From the NCBI GenBank assembly GCA_009103225.1, contig RHPI01002491.1:62001-126000 (forward strand): 64,000 nucleotides of DNA. Reading direction: 5' to 3'. Of the stretch, positions 45,801 to 59,038 are shown piece after piece (within the stretch, counting starts at the first letter, position 1; the number at the start of each line of letters is the position of its first letter). The stretch comes from Chlorokybus atmophyticus (taxonomy: Eukaryota > Plantae > Mesostigma and Chlorokybus algae). The translations under genes and the position numbers were made by a program. The notes under the pieces were generated by a model. It saw only the letters and a program-made list of their open reading frames with translations. It was not told where the DNA came from and did not search any database.

Positions 45801-45980
45801 AAACTATTGTCATGCCATTAACACTCATTGCCATGTGCACTCGACATACATGTAAGGTCACAATTGCAAGCAGCCAGTTAAGAGATATTACACTCATGCA
45901 GGTATGCGCATACGTGTAGAGGAGAAGCTGCTCTATACAACCGGCAGCCTGAAAACACAAGCAGCTTTGCACTATGTACA
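42830..45980 (+). mobile_element. Ty3/gypsy element A, 3' part: gag zinc knuckles, internal deletion of PR-RT-RH, integrase with C-terminal PHD finger, PPT and putative 3' LTR
   Basis: Knuckles CHRCGRHGHYQKDC and CDHCHMTGHLEAVC. Integrase HTELGHFG...WWHGMHTEVRTFVANCTHCD...HPQADGLAER. PHD at 44945-45079. PPT-like AGTGGGGGAA then TGTACA at 45667; possible LTR end TGTACA at 45975-45980 (tentative). Confidence 0.85.
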
Positions 45981-47459
45981 GTCGAGGGCTACTCTACACA
46001 AAAGATGGCATGTCGCACGATCACGGGGGACAAACATCCGTTGACAATGTTGTTTCCAAATTCACAAATGAATACCATGTTACAAACATGCATGTAAGAA
46101 CTCGTTGGATTGCAGCATCATCTACTCGTATGATTTTTAAAATTAACTAGCTTCTAATGGGCTACTAGCGCGCGGATAGCGCGCGGCAGCTGATCCCTCA
46201 GATCATGCGATCGAAACCCGCGTTTTTTGTGTTTGGTAGGTTTTTTTCTCGAAGGTGTTTAATAGGTTTTTATCTCGAAAGCGCGCAAAATGCAGGGGGT
46301 GGGAGCGCTATACTGCATGCTGAGCTTGCAGCTGGCAAATGTTCCCAACACATCAAGTGCAAGACGTCGAATGATGCAACATTCAAATGACAAAAATTAC
46401 TGTATACGTAAAGGGATATATGCGCATGTAATCATCACAACACCTTCGACAAATGTATCATGCTATGCTATGAATAAGCGTAGCTGTAATTGAAAATGTG
46501 AAATTGTGCGCATTGGCGGAATGTTTACCAATGATAAATACTACATTTTATAGAAGGCCATTCAAATATGCACGCCGTAAACAACAGGCTTTATGTGGCA
46601 AAGATTTGACAAGAGCAAATGCACCATCTGAATTGCAAGAGACATCGTGCAATCGTGCCGGAGTATTTGGTGGAGTATTGATACCAACTTGCCCCTCGAG
46701 ATGGCACACACTTGATAACAAGATAATAGCAGTATTAGTTGTTGTCAAATTGCAGAGATAAGAGCATTTCACAAGCAACATCTGTCCACGGTTTGTCCCC
46801 CATGATCGTGCGACATGTCAGATGTGAAGTGGGCTCTATACAGCAGAGCGCCAGTGCAAAGCTGAAAGTCTCCTGGCTTTTCCGAGCATAAGGGAATTTG
46901 AAGCGCAACGCCGTATGCACTTAACCTCATCGCAATATTGGCAGAAGTCGCTCGGGTTGCAGAGAGCGACAGCCCCATGCACACTCTGCTAGGATTGGAC
47001 ATTCAAAGAAGGCTGTGCAACGCGCATGGCACCATCGCTGCTTTGCACCACCCATCCAGACCACAGGGTGTTTTAAGGGAATCTTCCACATAGGCCTACA
47101 TGCACCCAAGCTGTAATGCATCGGTAATGAGCGGCCATGTCGACAAAGAGGAGTCCAAGACTTTTTACCACTGCACTTCCAACCTATCCGCTCCATGCGC
47201 GCGCATCCCTTCCCATTTGCAATGCGAATATGCATACAAGGCCACATTAAACACACCATCAGGAAGCCCATACAGATATACATGTATGATCGAGTGAGGG
47301 GTTCTGCCACTCTACCGCACGCATTTCATACAAAAGCTAGCCAAACCAAAGAAAGTAGGCCACAGCGCCAGTGCATGACGGAGCGATGCTGAGCGGAACA
47401 ATGGCGTTTAAAGCGTGTATGCTCACACAACCAACACCGATGAATCCAACAAGGCTTGC

Positions 47460-49678
47460 CAATCGACAGTCCTCGACTGCCGGCTGACAGTCGAGGACTG
47501 TCGGTTTACAAGCTGTGAAACATACATGTGCAGAGCACATCTGCGTGCACGCGTACTCACACACCCGCATGTTGTCTCAGCAGGTATTGACTACAACTTG
47601 CATGACAACAATCTCAAACAACCGGTGCACTGGAAAGTGCTCATGAAGCTTGGTGTACATATTGGAAAGGTAGCATGGATCATGACGTGTGATTGACATT
47701 GCATATCAAGCGCACGTGTTGTTGTTGTTGCTGCTGTAGCTACAGCTGTGGTTCCAAACAGCTAAACTCTGAGTGGATTTGGTAGCTTGCAAGCTCAATT
47801 GCCTTCTTCTTTCCCCACAAGGAGGAAGCGTGGCTCAGGGTGCCACTACACCACACGGTGCAGATCAGGTCGGCTGCAATTGCAGCTGAGGTTGGCATGC
47901 CTACAGTTCAAGCTCTCAGAAGTGATGCTTCGGCTTCCGGGAGACGCAAGCATAGACATCCTGAGAGAGACACCAAGGCACGGTCATGACTTGCTGGGGG
48001 ATGGGGCGGCTGTTGCAGAGTGGAGCAGCACCCTCCGCTGCTTGAACTAGCGAATAGCGGTTGTAAGCACATGCCTGTGCATGACCGCCTCACCTCAGCG
48101 CGTGGGACACGCACTGAAGCATGGCAGGTGTGTCATCGCCAACTATTTGCGGGCTATTGGTGTGGAGTGTGGCATCACCAGCTTTTTGCTTCACACCTTC
48201 TCTCTCACTAAGCTTTCACAGCAAATTGCGTTTGTTTGTACTGGTGGTCACTAGTACACAGCTTGTTGAAGTAAGCCTGCACCATGATCTATGTAGCAGC
48301 AGCAAAGCTGATTATTCGTTTCTCATGCTTTGGGGATGGGCGTGCACGCACGTGCATGTGCACACGTATTATGCATACCCACACACTGACTGCACCCTTC
48401 TCCTCCACTAGCAGGCCCTTGTCGCACAAAGCATTTGACAGCCCTCAGTTGGACAGTCCCGGACTGTCCAGGGCCCCTTTCTGTCTCAAGAGCTGTTTTA
48501 ATCTCATGCGCGCGCGCTTTGACTCTCGCTTCCCACTCTCTCGTCCTCCCCGCCCCCTTCCCCCCCTTCCCCCTTCTCGCCCAGTAGTCCCCCCCAGCCC
48601 CTTCCCACATCTCCTCAACCTCCAACATTACGGCAGCCCTTCTCTCGACAGCGCTTTTCTCGCAAAGGGCTGTCTTCCGACAGCCTCGACTGTCGACCTT
48701 ATTGAGTGGGTGGGTGTCTTGCAACAGTCGTTTTTGGGCGTGTCCTGCGTAGATATGCACATGTTTGTCAGCAGTTTTAAGCTTGCATTTCAACACGCGT
48801 GCGTGTGCATGCTTGCGTACACGTGCGTGCGTGCTACACGTGTGCGCATGCGCGCACGCGCACACATGCAGCACTTGTTTGCTGCTCGTGTGCATTGCAA
48901 CTCAACTCTCATGTCAGTTGCCTTTGTTCACAGGACGGCAAGCTTGCCGGCTCAAGTTGGTCGGCTGCCTACAGAAGGCCTTGGACCTCAAGCCCTTCCC
49001 GACAGCCCTTGACTGCTGGGAGGCCAGTCCTAGACTATTTGAATTGATAGTCGAGGGCTGTCCAATAGCCCTCCAAACACCAACAATCATGATCCCCCAT
49101 CAATCAGCAGGTGCGCGCAAGGCCTGTTTGCATGCATTCGCCCTGTGTCTTGCATGCATGGTTGCATACTCAGGCGCCCAAGCAAATTTGCTTTGTTTAC
49201 ACATAAACATTGCCACATGTATCACAAGCATGCACGAGTGCGCGCGCACATGTGGACACACGCATGCACACGCACACAGATCATCAGTTATATTTGCCCT
49301 TACCCAGCAGCTGCGCACGCAGACCCCCCACATTCTCAACTTATTCAACTGGTGACAACTGCGCGTTGGGCCTGCAGGTTTAGAGGTCGTTGCTGCGGGC
49401 TCGCAACGCCGTGCCCGCAGCATGGCGTGAGGCTCAATTGGAGCTCGCAGCGGCAATTAAGGTGAGGTGGGGGTGGGCATGTGCCACAAGACGTTGAACG
49501 CAAGTTGGTTGGCCGCTTGCAGCTGGCTGCCTTGGACCTCTGGCCCTGCCGACAGGCCTCAACTACTAGTTTTCAGCGGTTGAGGGCTGTCGGAATATAT
49601 AACAAGGTGCGTGCAAAGGTTTGTCTACCCTCTCTGCCCTCTCTGCCTTACATGCATGCACAGGCGCATAAACAAGTG

Positions 49679-49710
<32 letters not shown>

Positions 49711-50916
49711 CTGGCGCGCACATACTGACACATACACCCACACGCACATGCTGCACAGTAACATGTGCATATGCGCACATGACCTGCAAGTTGCTCTGCA
49801 CTCTGGGTCAACGATGAGCTTCAAGTTTAGGGTGTGTTAGCTTTAGTTAGTTAGTAGCCTACTTGCTAACTTCAGTAATGCAAACATGCTTGTCTTGAAC
49901 GTGCATTGTCGGATCAATGCAGTGCGGCTTGCATGCATGGTGTTTGTGTCAAAATGGAGACCAAGTCTGGTCTCCATGACCCCGCGCATGCGTGGACCAG
50001 CCTTTATTATTGTTTGACGAGTGCAAAGGACCATGCACGGTCCATGCAATCTTACAAGCGTGAACCAGCCTTGATGTAAACTCACATTCATAGTTGCAGT
50101 CGGAGAGCCAATGCCACTTCCTTGCAGCCTGGGAATCGTGGTATGTCGCCCGCATCATCGCGAAGTTGACGCGTGCTGTTTGATTTTGGAGTATGGTAGT
50201 CGACGTTGATTGCGATTTTGTCGATGACAGTGTGTTTGTGTTGTCATCGCTCGTGATCGTTGACAAGTGTGACAAGTCGATGTAAGTGTATCGCGCAGTC
50301 GACGTTTAGTGACGGTAGTTTGCGTTAGTTTTGGACAGTCGCTGCTGCCAGTTGTTTCGGCTATGTGTTTCGAATTTCGTTTCTGGAGGGCGGCAACACG
50401 TCAATTCACGTAAACACTCGTCACAATGCGTCATCAAACGCTGACACAAAACTTTTCAAAGCCATCAACACCGTCACTGTCAACGTCACAGCCTGCCGAC
50501 TGACGACGCTGACAGCGACCCCAGAACGCCGACATGAAAACCGCCTCTCACGACCATCGACGCCGACAGCCATTGAGTCACCGTCGGCTAGCGTCGATGT
50601 GGCGCTACTCCCAGGCTGCAAGGATACCAGGGCAAGTTGCGTTGACTCTCCGACTGGTTGGGCCCATGCATGGTCCACACGATCATCGTGTGGACCATGC
50701 ATGATCGTACTTCACATGACATGATGTCATGTAAAGTACGCACCAGCCATGGTGCCTACCAAAGAACAATGGTACCATTCACGTGAAATTCGGACCATGC
50801 ATGGTCCGACTGTCAATTCAAACAGACCGTGCATGGTCTGACGATTTCAGTTTGCAGGGGTAAATCCCGGTCCGAGGGTATGAACCATTCATGGTCTTGT
50901 GACGTCAAGCGGTGTG
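47460..50916. mobile_element. CACTA-like element 1 (right end present, left end not found)
   Basis: Ends ...GACGTCAAGCGGTGTG at 50916. Block 50768-50916 is homologous to 55051-55200. It shares the GGACCATGCATGGTCC and GACAG..CTGTC motif arrays with element 2. Confidence 0.7.
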
Positions 50917-51074
50917 ATGCAGATGCCATGGGCTTATTACTACTTTTGTAACCTTTGTTGGGTTGGAATGATCGGACAAATTGCTTAAAGTGCATTGAGC
51001 CGGCGAGAAGTATGAGAGTCAACCAGCATGTGCTCGAGCATGAGCTTTGTTGGCTACTTGTACTTCTTCTTACT

Positions 51075-54000
51075 CACACGGCTTGACGTTCAAGGACCAT
51101 GCATGGTCCTTCCACGGACCCCGCGGGCCATACATGGTCCGCGGGGTCGAGGACCACGAGTGCCTGGTCCCCTGGGGACGGACCGTCCATGGTTCTTCCG
51201 ATACCTGGCGCGCAAACACGCACCATGCATGGTTCGCGGCCGGACCAGCTACGATACTGGTCCAATTTTTGGTGGATGTCCGGACCATGCATGGTCCGCG
51301 CGGCCGGACTAGGTGTACGGACCATGCATGGTCCGCGCTCTTACATGGACGGACCGTGCATGGCGCGCTCTTAGGGTCCCTCGTTTCGACTTGGTGCAGC
51401 TGTTCAAACCCTGATGTACGAACCCTGTACATGGTACAGTCTAACCTCGTTAAGTGCATATTCGATTAGTGCATATCCGCGTTTAGTGCATAAATTCGGC
51501 CATCACCGACGTCTTCAGGGGGAAGACCTGTGCGTTAAGAGCATATGCATTTATTGATAAGTGCATACTATGAGACGCCTAACCTTTAGTGTGTCTATGC
51601 ACTTATCAAGGTAGATTACGCTTGAGTTACAGGTAAATTACGATTACAGTGTATTGAAGTTACGGTCGTACACGTTACAACGTAGCTCAGGACTAGGTTT
51701 ACTCAATAAGTGCATAGGTTATGCATTTATGCAAAGCTTACGTGCATTATATATGCATTTAAAACGGGTGCATAATTTATGCACTTAACGAGGATACATA
51801 AAGGCGATAAGTGCATACATATGCCCGTTTCTGATGGTATGCACTTATTGAGGTTAGACTGTATGGGCTCGTACGTAATGTGCACTGTACGGGTGCAAAT
51901 GTGTCATACCCTAACGTATGAACCAAGCATGGTCCCGTATTGGTTACGGGACCATGCATGGTTCGTACATAGAACGAGTGCATGCTGACACAAGGTCAGC
52001 CCAAACCGTACACGTCAGTGTTGATTTCATCTGCGAGTTTGACAGCTGGCAGTGCCAAAGCACTGCAGGACTGTCGTTGTGGCGGCGTATAGCGCTGGAG
52101 CGGCGGCGGCGGCGGCGGCGGACGGTGGGTGTTGCTAGCTAAAGCTAGCAATTGCTGGAGCCAAACAGTTTGCTGTCGTAGTCGTTTTGAGCGAGCAAAC
52201 CAACAACAGCAAACAGCCACACAGCAATTGTCGTATTGTGCATGCACACTGTGGCACATAGCAGTGCTGCTGCAACGGCAAAATGTAACAGCGGCAGCAG
52301 CTGCTACCGTTTGTACGCTTTGCTCGTTGTCACTGTCGTTGTTTTCAACTTCTTTGTTGACCCGTTGCTGCTGCTGCCGTCGTCTGCATGTAGCATGTTG
52401 TTGTAGAGTTTGCTGTTGTGTTTACGACTGCTGCTGTTTCTATTGCACAACAGACAACCTTGCTGTCGTGCTACAAAAGCAGTAGTGACCATGTGAAGCC
52501 GCAGCGACAGCCGCAGCAGCTACAGCCATCGCAGCAGGTACAGCCGCAGTCGCAAGCCTCGACTGTCAATTGGCCCCAACCGACAGTCCTCGACTGTCAG
52601 CCAATTTTGGAGGGTTGGCTGACAGTCGAGGACTGTCGGTTTCAAGGCAATTAACACACATGTCAAGCACACTTGCATGCATGCATACTCATACACATGT
52701 GCACGCAAGCATATGCAAATGTTGTATACACCAGTCCTCGACTATCAGCCGGTTGGCTGATACCCTCCCAGGTTGGCCGACACCCTCCAAGGTTGGCCGA
52801 CAGTCGAGCCAACCATATAGGGTTAGCTGACAGTCGAGGACTGTCGGTTTCAAGGCAGTCAAACCCACATGTCAAGCACACATGCATGCACGCATACTCA
52901 TACACATGTGCACGCAAGCATACGCAGTTGCTGTGTACACCAGTGTTGACACATGGTTGTTACAACAGTTGACAATGTTGATAAAACGAATATGTGTTTT
53001 GGGGCTTCAGCAGCTGATAGACACCACCACATGCTGCCTATGCATAGCTTGATGCCTTGGCTGTCCTGCACAGTCTCCTACTTGGTGCTGCTAACTTACA
53101 TGGTTTCAAACCACCAATTGCAGGCTGCAGCGAGTGGCGACAGGAGCGAATGTGAAGCGGAGCAGCTGTGAATAAGACTTCAACAACTTGGACCGCTTGC
53201 CATTCCTGCAAGTTGCAGGTGAGCATTGATTTGTGTTATGTGTGCGCGCAAGTGTACGCATATGTGTGGCACAAGCACGCCTGTGTGTTTCACACACCAT
53301 GTCTATGTTAGTGAAGACACATGAGCATACACGCTTATGCTCAAGACCGTGCACAGGCGCACAAAGGTGCAGCGCACACAATGACGCATGTATACGCGTG
53401 TGCAGGCCTCAAGCTGTTGAGCCATGGTGTAGCGTTCAAGCGGACATGAGGAGTGGGCGTCTTGCTGTGCAAATGAGTTGTTTTGCTCTCTCCCCCCCCC
53501 CCCCCCNNNNNNNNNNNNNNNNNNNNNNNNNNNNNNNNNNNNNNNNNNNNNNNNNNNNNNNNNNNNNNNNNNNNNNNNNNNNNNNNNNNNNNNNNNNNNN
53601 NNNNNNNNNNNNNNNNNNNNNNNNNNNNNNNNNNNNTTTTGACACGCGCACGTGCGCACATGCATACACACATTGACACGGCCACACACACCTAGACATG
53701 CACGCAGGCGCAGGCGCACATAACTTAATGCAAAGGTGATACACACCATGTGTGTGCCACGCGCGTGCAAGTGCTGCATGAATCAAGATTTCATCAAGGG
53801 TGCACGCATGCGTACACGCACACAACAATAGTCGCACATACTGACACATACATGCACAGGGTTCGTACCTATGTGACAGCCCTGTTGACTGCCTCGACTG
53901 TTGAGTCTCGACAGTCGGATTGACTGTCAAGTTACCACCCGACATGCGCGCAAGCCCTGCACGTGAGTAAGTGTACAATCGGTGCATGTCTTGCAACAAT

Positions 54001-55200
54001 CATATGCATGTGTATGTGTTAACAAGCAAGTGCATACCTTTATCAACAGTCTTGCATGTCAACACGCGTGCGTGCACGTGTGCGCGCGCACACACAGCAG
54101 GGTTGGCTGCTTGCATTGCAACCCACCCAACTCTGATGCCAGCTGCTTCTGTGTTTCACAGGACCTCTTGAAAGCCCTGTCTGACAACCCTCGATTGCTG
54201 ACCCTGGACTGTCCGTTTAACAATCAAGGGCTATGTGACAGCCCTCGATTGTCAACAATCACCGTCAGTCCCACCATTCAGCAAGGTGCGTGCAAGGCCT
54301 GTCTCGTATGCATAGCCACTGATACAGATGCACAAACGAACACATATAGTGCCATGTATACAAATCGGGCATACACTTACACTCACACACACTTGTGTGC
54401 GCACACGCGCACGCACGCATTGCAAAAGGAAAAGTCCGACTGTTCCTCACGGCATGCACGTGCGCGTGCACTTACAAGTAACTGGCAGTTGTGACAAGCA
54501 CAAGCGTGCTTGTCACAACTGCCAGTAATTTGTAAGCTTGTGCGCATGCACATTGCATACACTCACACTCACACATACGAGCGTGCGCACGCGCGCACAG
54601 TCGCACGTGCATTCTCACACACGCTCATGCGCACTTGTCATGTGCAGGCTCTGCGTGAAAGCTTGCAGTTTGTTAGAGACAGAGGTTTACTAGGCTAGGT
54701 AGGTCAGCTACTCAGCTATGACAGAGCTTTGTGAAGTGTGGTGGATGATTGTGAATGTAATATGTACATTCTGACTGCTAGTCTGCTTGTTGCATGCAAG
54801 ATATGCAATCTTTGTTGCCACAGATCGGACCGGAATTGGTCTGAAACACCCCATTATGATTTGCATTTGCTTACAAGAATGGACCAAGCTTGGTCCATGT
54901 TAACATGTAGAATTCGGACCATATATGGTCCACACACACTCACTTATGCATGGACCAACCTTGGTTCGTTTCTGCATGATAAAGTCGGACCATACATGGT
55001 CCACAAATCTCATGCATACTGGCCACCATGCCTGGTGCATCCCAAGGGACAATAGTACCATTCACGTTAAATTCGGACCATGCATGGTCCGACTGTCGAT
55101 AAAAAGCAGACCGTGCATGGTCCACCGATTTCGCTTAGCAGGGGAAAATCTTGGTCCTGCGTCACGGACCATTCATGGTCCTTGAACGTCAGTCGGTGTG
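51075..55200. mobile_element. CACTA/EnSpm-like non-autonomous element 2 with CACAC termini, 4126 bp
   Basis: 35-bp TIR with 31/35 matches (CACACGGCTTGACGTTCAAGGACCATGCATGGTCC), perfect 3-bp TSD ACT, and subterminal palindrome arrays. No transposase ORF is visible; an internal gap is present. Confidence 0.9.
53507..53636. other. Assembly gap (N run) following a poly-C tract
   Basis: Run of N. Confidence 1.
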
Positions 55201-56675
55201 ACTTACTTTCTTAGATTAAGGATGCTCGTCACCTGCTTCCTCTATTGAAGTGCGTAAGTTGACATGGCTGGATATTGGGCTAAGGCGAGTAGCCACATCA
55301 ATAACTACTCAGCTATAGAAAATACAGGCATTAAACTTATGCACTCACTTGAAGTCATTGATAAAAAGTTACAATATACTACAAAGTATTAGTAGCTTGA
55401 AATGAACATAAGCATATGCTTTGCTTAAGCCCTTCACGACCCTCATCCGTGCTACACCTTCAGGTATAGTATGAAGCATTGCTTGCTACCGGTTGGGGTC
55501 TACCTGTCCTTGCACATAGCTACACATAGCATCAAGCCCCTTGCTAACCTAGTTGTGCTATGGTGGTTAGAGTCATTGAGTTTTGTCAGTGCTTGCTTGT
55601 TAGTATCTGCGATGTGAGGTGTACGGGGTGCTGTATCACATGTGCTCCAAGCGTGTTTGCATGCGCGCTTGATAAGTAGATATGTACCTTCACATGCACA
55701 GCAGCCATTCACCATAGCTATCAGCACAATCAAGTCACCACTGTCAGGCTACATGCTTTGTTAACCAAGAAAATCTATCAGCCCACATGCATACCCCCTT
55801 AGCAACAGCCAGGTAAACCTGCCACATCGCCATCTTTGCGTTAGAGCTCGACGCCAACCACGGCAACAACAACCAACGACCGACGGACTCCTCCTCGCCA
55901 CCGCTCCGCTCACCCTCTACCATCGACAACTGCCGCCTTCGTCAATTGCAGGCGTACTTGCCATCAGCGGTAGTGTGTGAGTTTCGGTTTCATCAACTAC
56001 GCCACGTGCACGTTGTCATGTCATGCACTACCTCGACAAAAATGGTCTCGTGTCTACTTAAATGTACAAACAATGCGCAAGAGAATGGGACATGCTCAAT
56101 GGCATACTTAGCAAGCATCGACATGGCGCACACTACATACACTGCGAGGTTTCACCGATCTGCGTCTACTGATACTCTAGGCCGCTAAATTTTAGCCTAT
56201 CCGTGCCCATACCGCTGCACTATCATTGTTGCAAGGTGTATTGACACGTTTGGTGACATGCTGCTGATGTGCTCAGTCAGCAACTTTCATGTTGTAGGTG
56301 TAATGGCGCCAGTGTCTCAACATTGCCTCGTCAGTAGAGCTGCCCAAGCTCATCAAGAAGCTGGTGCCGACATGCGGACAATGTGCGGTCTAAGGGTCAA
56401 CTGCGGTAGTAATCAGTCATTATTGATCGTCTTCACCAAACAGCCAGCCTGTGGCACGTTGGACTAGACTGCGCACTCAATCTAAAGTTCTTTTCGTGTA
56501 CAACTGCGTGGCAGTGCATGACCGTACTGAGCTAGCAGCTTGCTGGCCGCCTTAACCGCTCCGCCATCACATACAAAACCTTACATGGCATGCATACTGT
56601 GGTGAACATGCTGCTTGAGCCGCCATTTTGTCAGTCCAAACTTTCATTGTAGATGCGAGGGGTCTCCATGCAGCT

Positions 56676-58584
56676 TTACACTTTGGGTTCAGTAAGCAGT
56701 GGTGTAGCTTCTACCGGTTGCTGCTTGGCAACGGTTGGTGTAGGGGCAACACCTTTATCCGAGGCCATGACCAAGCCATAATTAACCATGCCAACAACGG
56801 CGATCAAAGAGCCGCCTACGCTCCGAGGAGTGACACCTTGGTCGTACACAGTCCAGCCTAGCAGCAGAACCAACACAGTTTTTGTGTGACCAAGAACCTG
56901 ATACCTGGTGATGTGTCAAGGAGCAGCACGGGAATAGCCATAATCCTCAGCTGGACTCCGTTCAACATGCAATGCACGCAAGCACTTGCAAGCAACATTC
57001 ACTTCAAAGCGCAGCATGGCAAGGATACGAGACGGCATCAAAGCGCCCAATGCACAGGAATTGGCTCCAGTTGCCGAGCACGGCCAGCCCGCAAGAAAAG
57101 GCAATCACAGTCTAAGAGCACAAAGCCCAAAGTCAGCGCACAAAATCAAGGCAATGACAAACTCTCTGTACGGACAGCAACCGAATCATTGAGTTGATTC
57201 AGCTGAACAATGGGTGCTCACCATGGACGGCACACTGTGCTCGTACGCGTCAATACGCTTGCCAGTCAAGAGGTAATCCACAAAAGGGGCCACTGCAGAG
57301 ATTGCAATGGCTTGCAGTGGTGCTGTCTGCCGAATAAGATCAAACGACCCAATGCTGTATGTCTTTTGCAGGTAGCCTACATACTGCAATCAGGCAAACA
57401 ATCAGCAACGCACATTGGTGACTGTGCTTCTGAGTTTTCAGTTGACAAAACTTCACAGATAACAACAGTACAGCAACAAAGTAAAAAAGAATCTTTAGCG
57501 CCCTAGCAGTGCAGCAAACACGAGCACAATCAACAACCAACATACATATGCGGCCATCAAATGCGGATGCACTGATAATCAGCACCCATAGTCATGTTGC
57601 ATGGCATTGTGGTGCAAAGTTGAACAAGCGACACTTACAATTTGTTGTACAGCAGTTGCCAGCACGGCAACTGCAGCTGTGAAAGCACCGCGCGCAGAGC
57701 TGGAGAAGTCAGTTACAGTGGAGATGGCGACGCCTAGCATGACAATGGCTCCCCAGAACTTTGCGCGACGCGAGTACATCCTAGATAGCCAAATGTACTC
57801 CATGAACGCTGTGACTGGTATCATGGACAGCTTGGCTACCTAAAGGCGCAAAGATTGCGTGAGACCTAACAACTCGACCTGCATCCAGTGCTGTGACTAC
57901 GAGCGTTGCAATTGGCTCAACGTGCTTACCTGATAGAAGCCCATTGAGTTCCAAAGCAAGGAAAAGTTCATGCCAATGATTGCACAGGAGGCAGCAGTCG
58001 CATACTTGGCCTTGACAATGAAAGGGACGCCGCCGGGGGTTTCAAAGCCCATCAATTTTGCAGCAAGCCCCGCCAATGCAAGAGTAATAAAGTGGAGAGC
58101 GGACAAACACGTTGCTGCAAAGACACAACTAGTCACAGCAATGCCGCGCACGACGCCTCATTGTCCAACGCTGTACCAACTCGGACTTGGGTTGTGACAC
58201 TCTGTTGGGACGACAACAGTTGCATGGGCCTGCAAATGCATGCAGGAACGCATGCATACGCAGGCTCATGCAACTGGCACTCATGTGAGTGCAAGCAACT
58301 CGTGCAAACATACATCATGATGCGCTATAGCGTCCCATGCTACCAAAGATGAACATGAGCGAGCATGCCCCCGTGCTACAATTGCATGCATCCAACTGGG
58401 GAATGCAAAACTTCTACTCAACAGGTCATTCCAATGCACACAAATCTCTCTCATGATGCTAACCGTAGATGAACTTGTAGTGCGACATGATCTCCTTGTT
58501 GATGAGGATGAGGCCCACCCCAGACGCCACATTGAGCAGCCATGCGGCAATATTCTGCACTCGGCGCTGATCCTCCAGCCCCAT
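56676..58584 (-). CDS. Nucleotide-sugar transporter, URGT/UXT-like (TPT/DMT family), 6 exons
   Basis: [121 protein letters not shown]. Confidence 0.92.
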
Positions 58585-59038
58585 CTTGCTTAAATACAGG
58601 ATAGCCCTACCAGCTGCTCTCACTATCACTCTCTGCTCCCGTTCAAGTCGCCATGCCGCCCAGCTACTGCCACCAGCTGACGCCTATCCAGGCCTCCAGC
58701 TTCGGTCCACACTGGAAGCGCCCAGGATGCCCGAACAACCCAATGCGCCTTGCAGAACTCGAAGCACAGCACACAGCTTGGCCCAGAACACGCGACGAGA
58801 AGCGCAGCCCCGGCCTTCACGCCGCACTCGCCGCCACCACCACCGCCACCGCCGCCCGCCACACGACGACGTTCACACCAGGTTGCAGCTGCACGCTGTT
58901 TGCTGCTTGCTGTCCGGACTTGACAGTAGCAGCAAGCTTGTACGTCGCTGCTTACTTCAAGCACAAATCCCTGTACAAGGCTGCTTGCGGCAGATTGCTT
59001 CATTCAAGTACACTTGTGGGCTACTCCTGTCGCACAGC

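Noticed and set aside
47700-54700. Many Cys/His/Ala-rich ORFs within the CACTA-like elements as transposase or captured genes
   Set aside because: They derive from CA/TG-rich low-complexity sequence; no DDE or other domain motif is visible.
50020-55200. CRISPR-like array of palindromic repeats
   Set aside because: Spacing is irregular, there are no cas genes, the context is eukaryotic, and the repeats are explained as transposon subterminal motifs.
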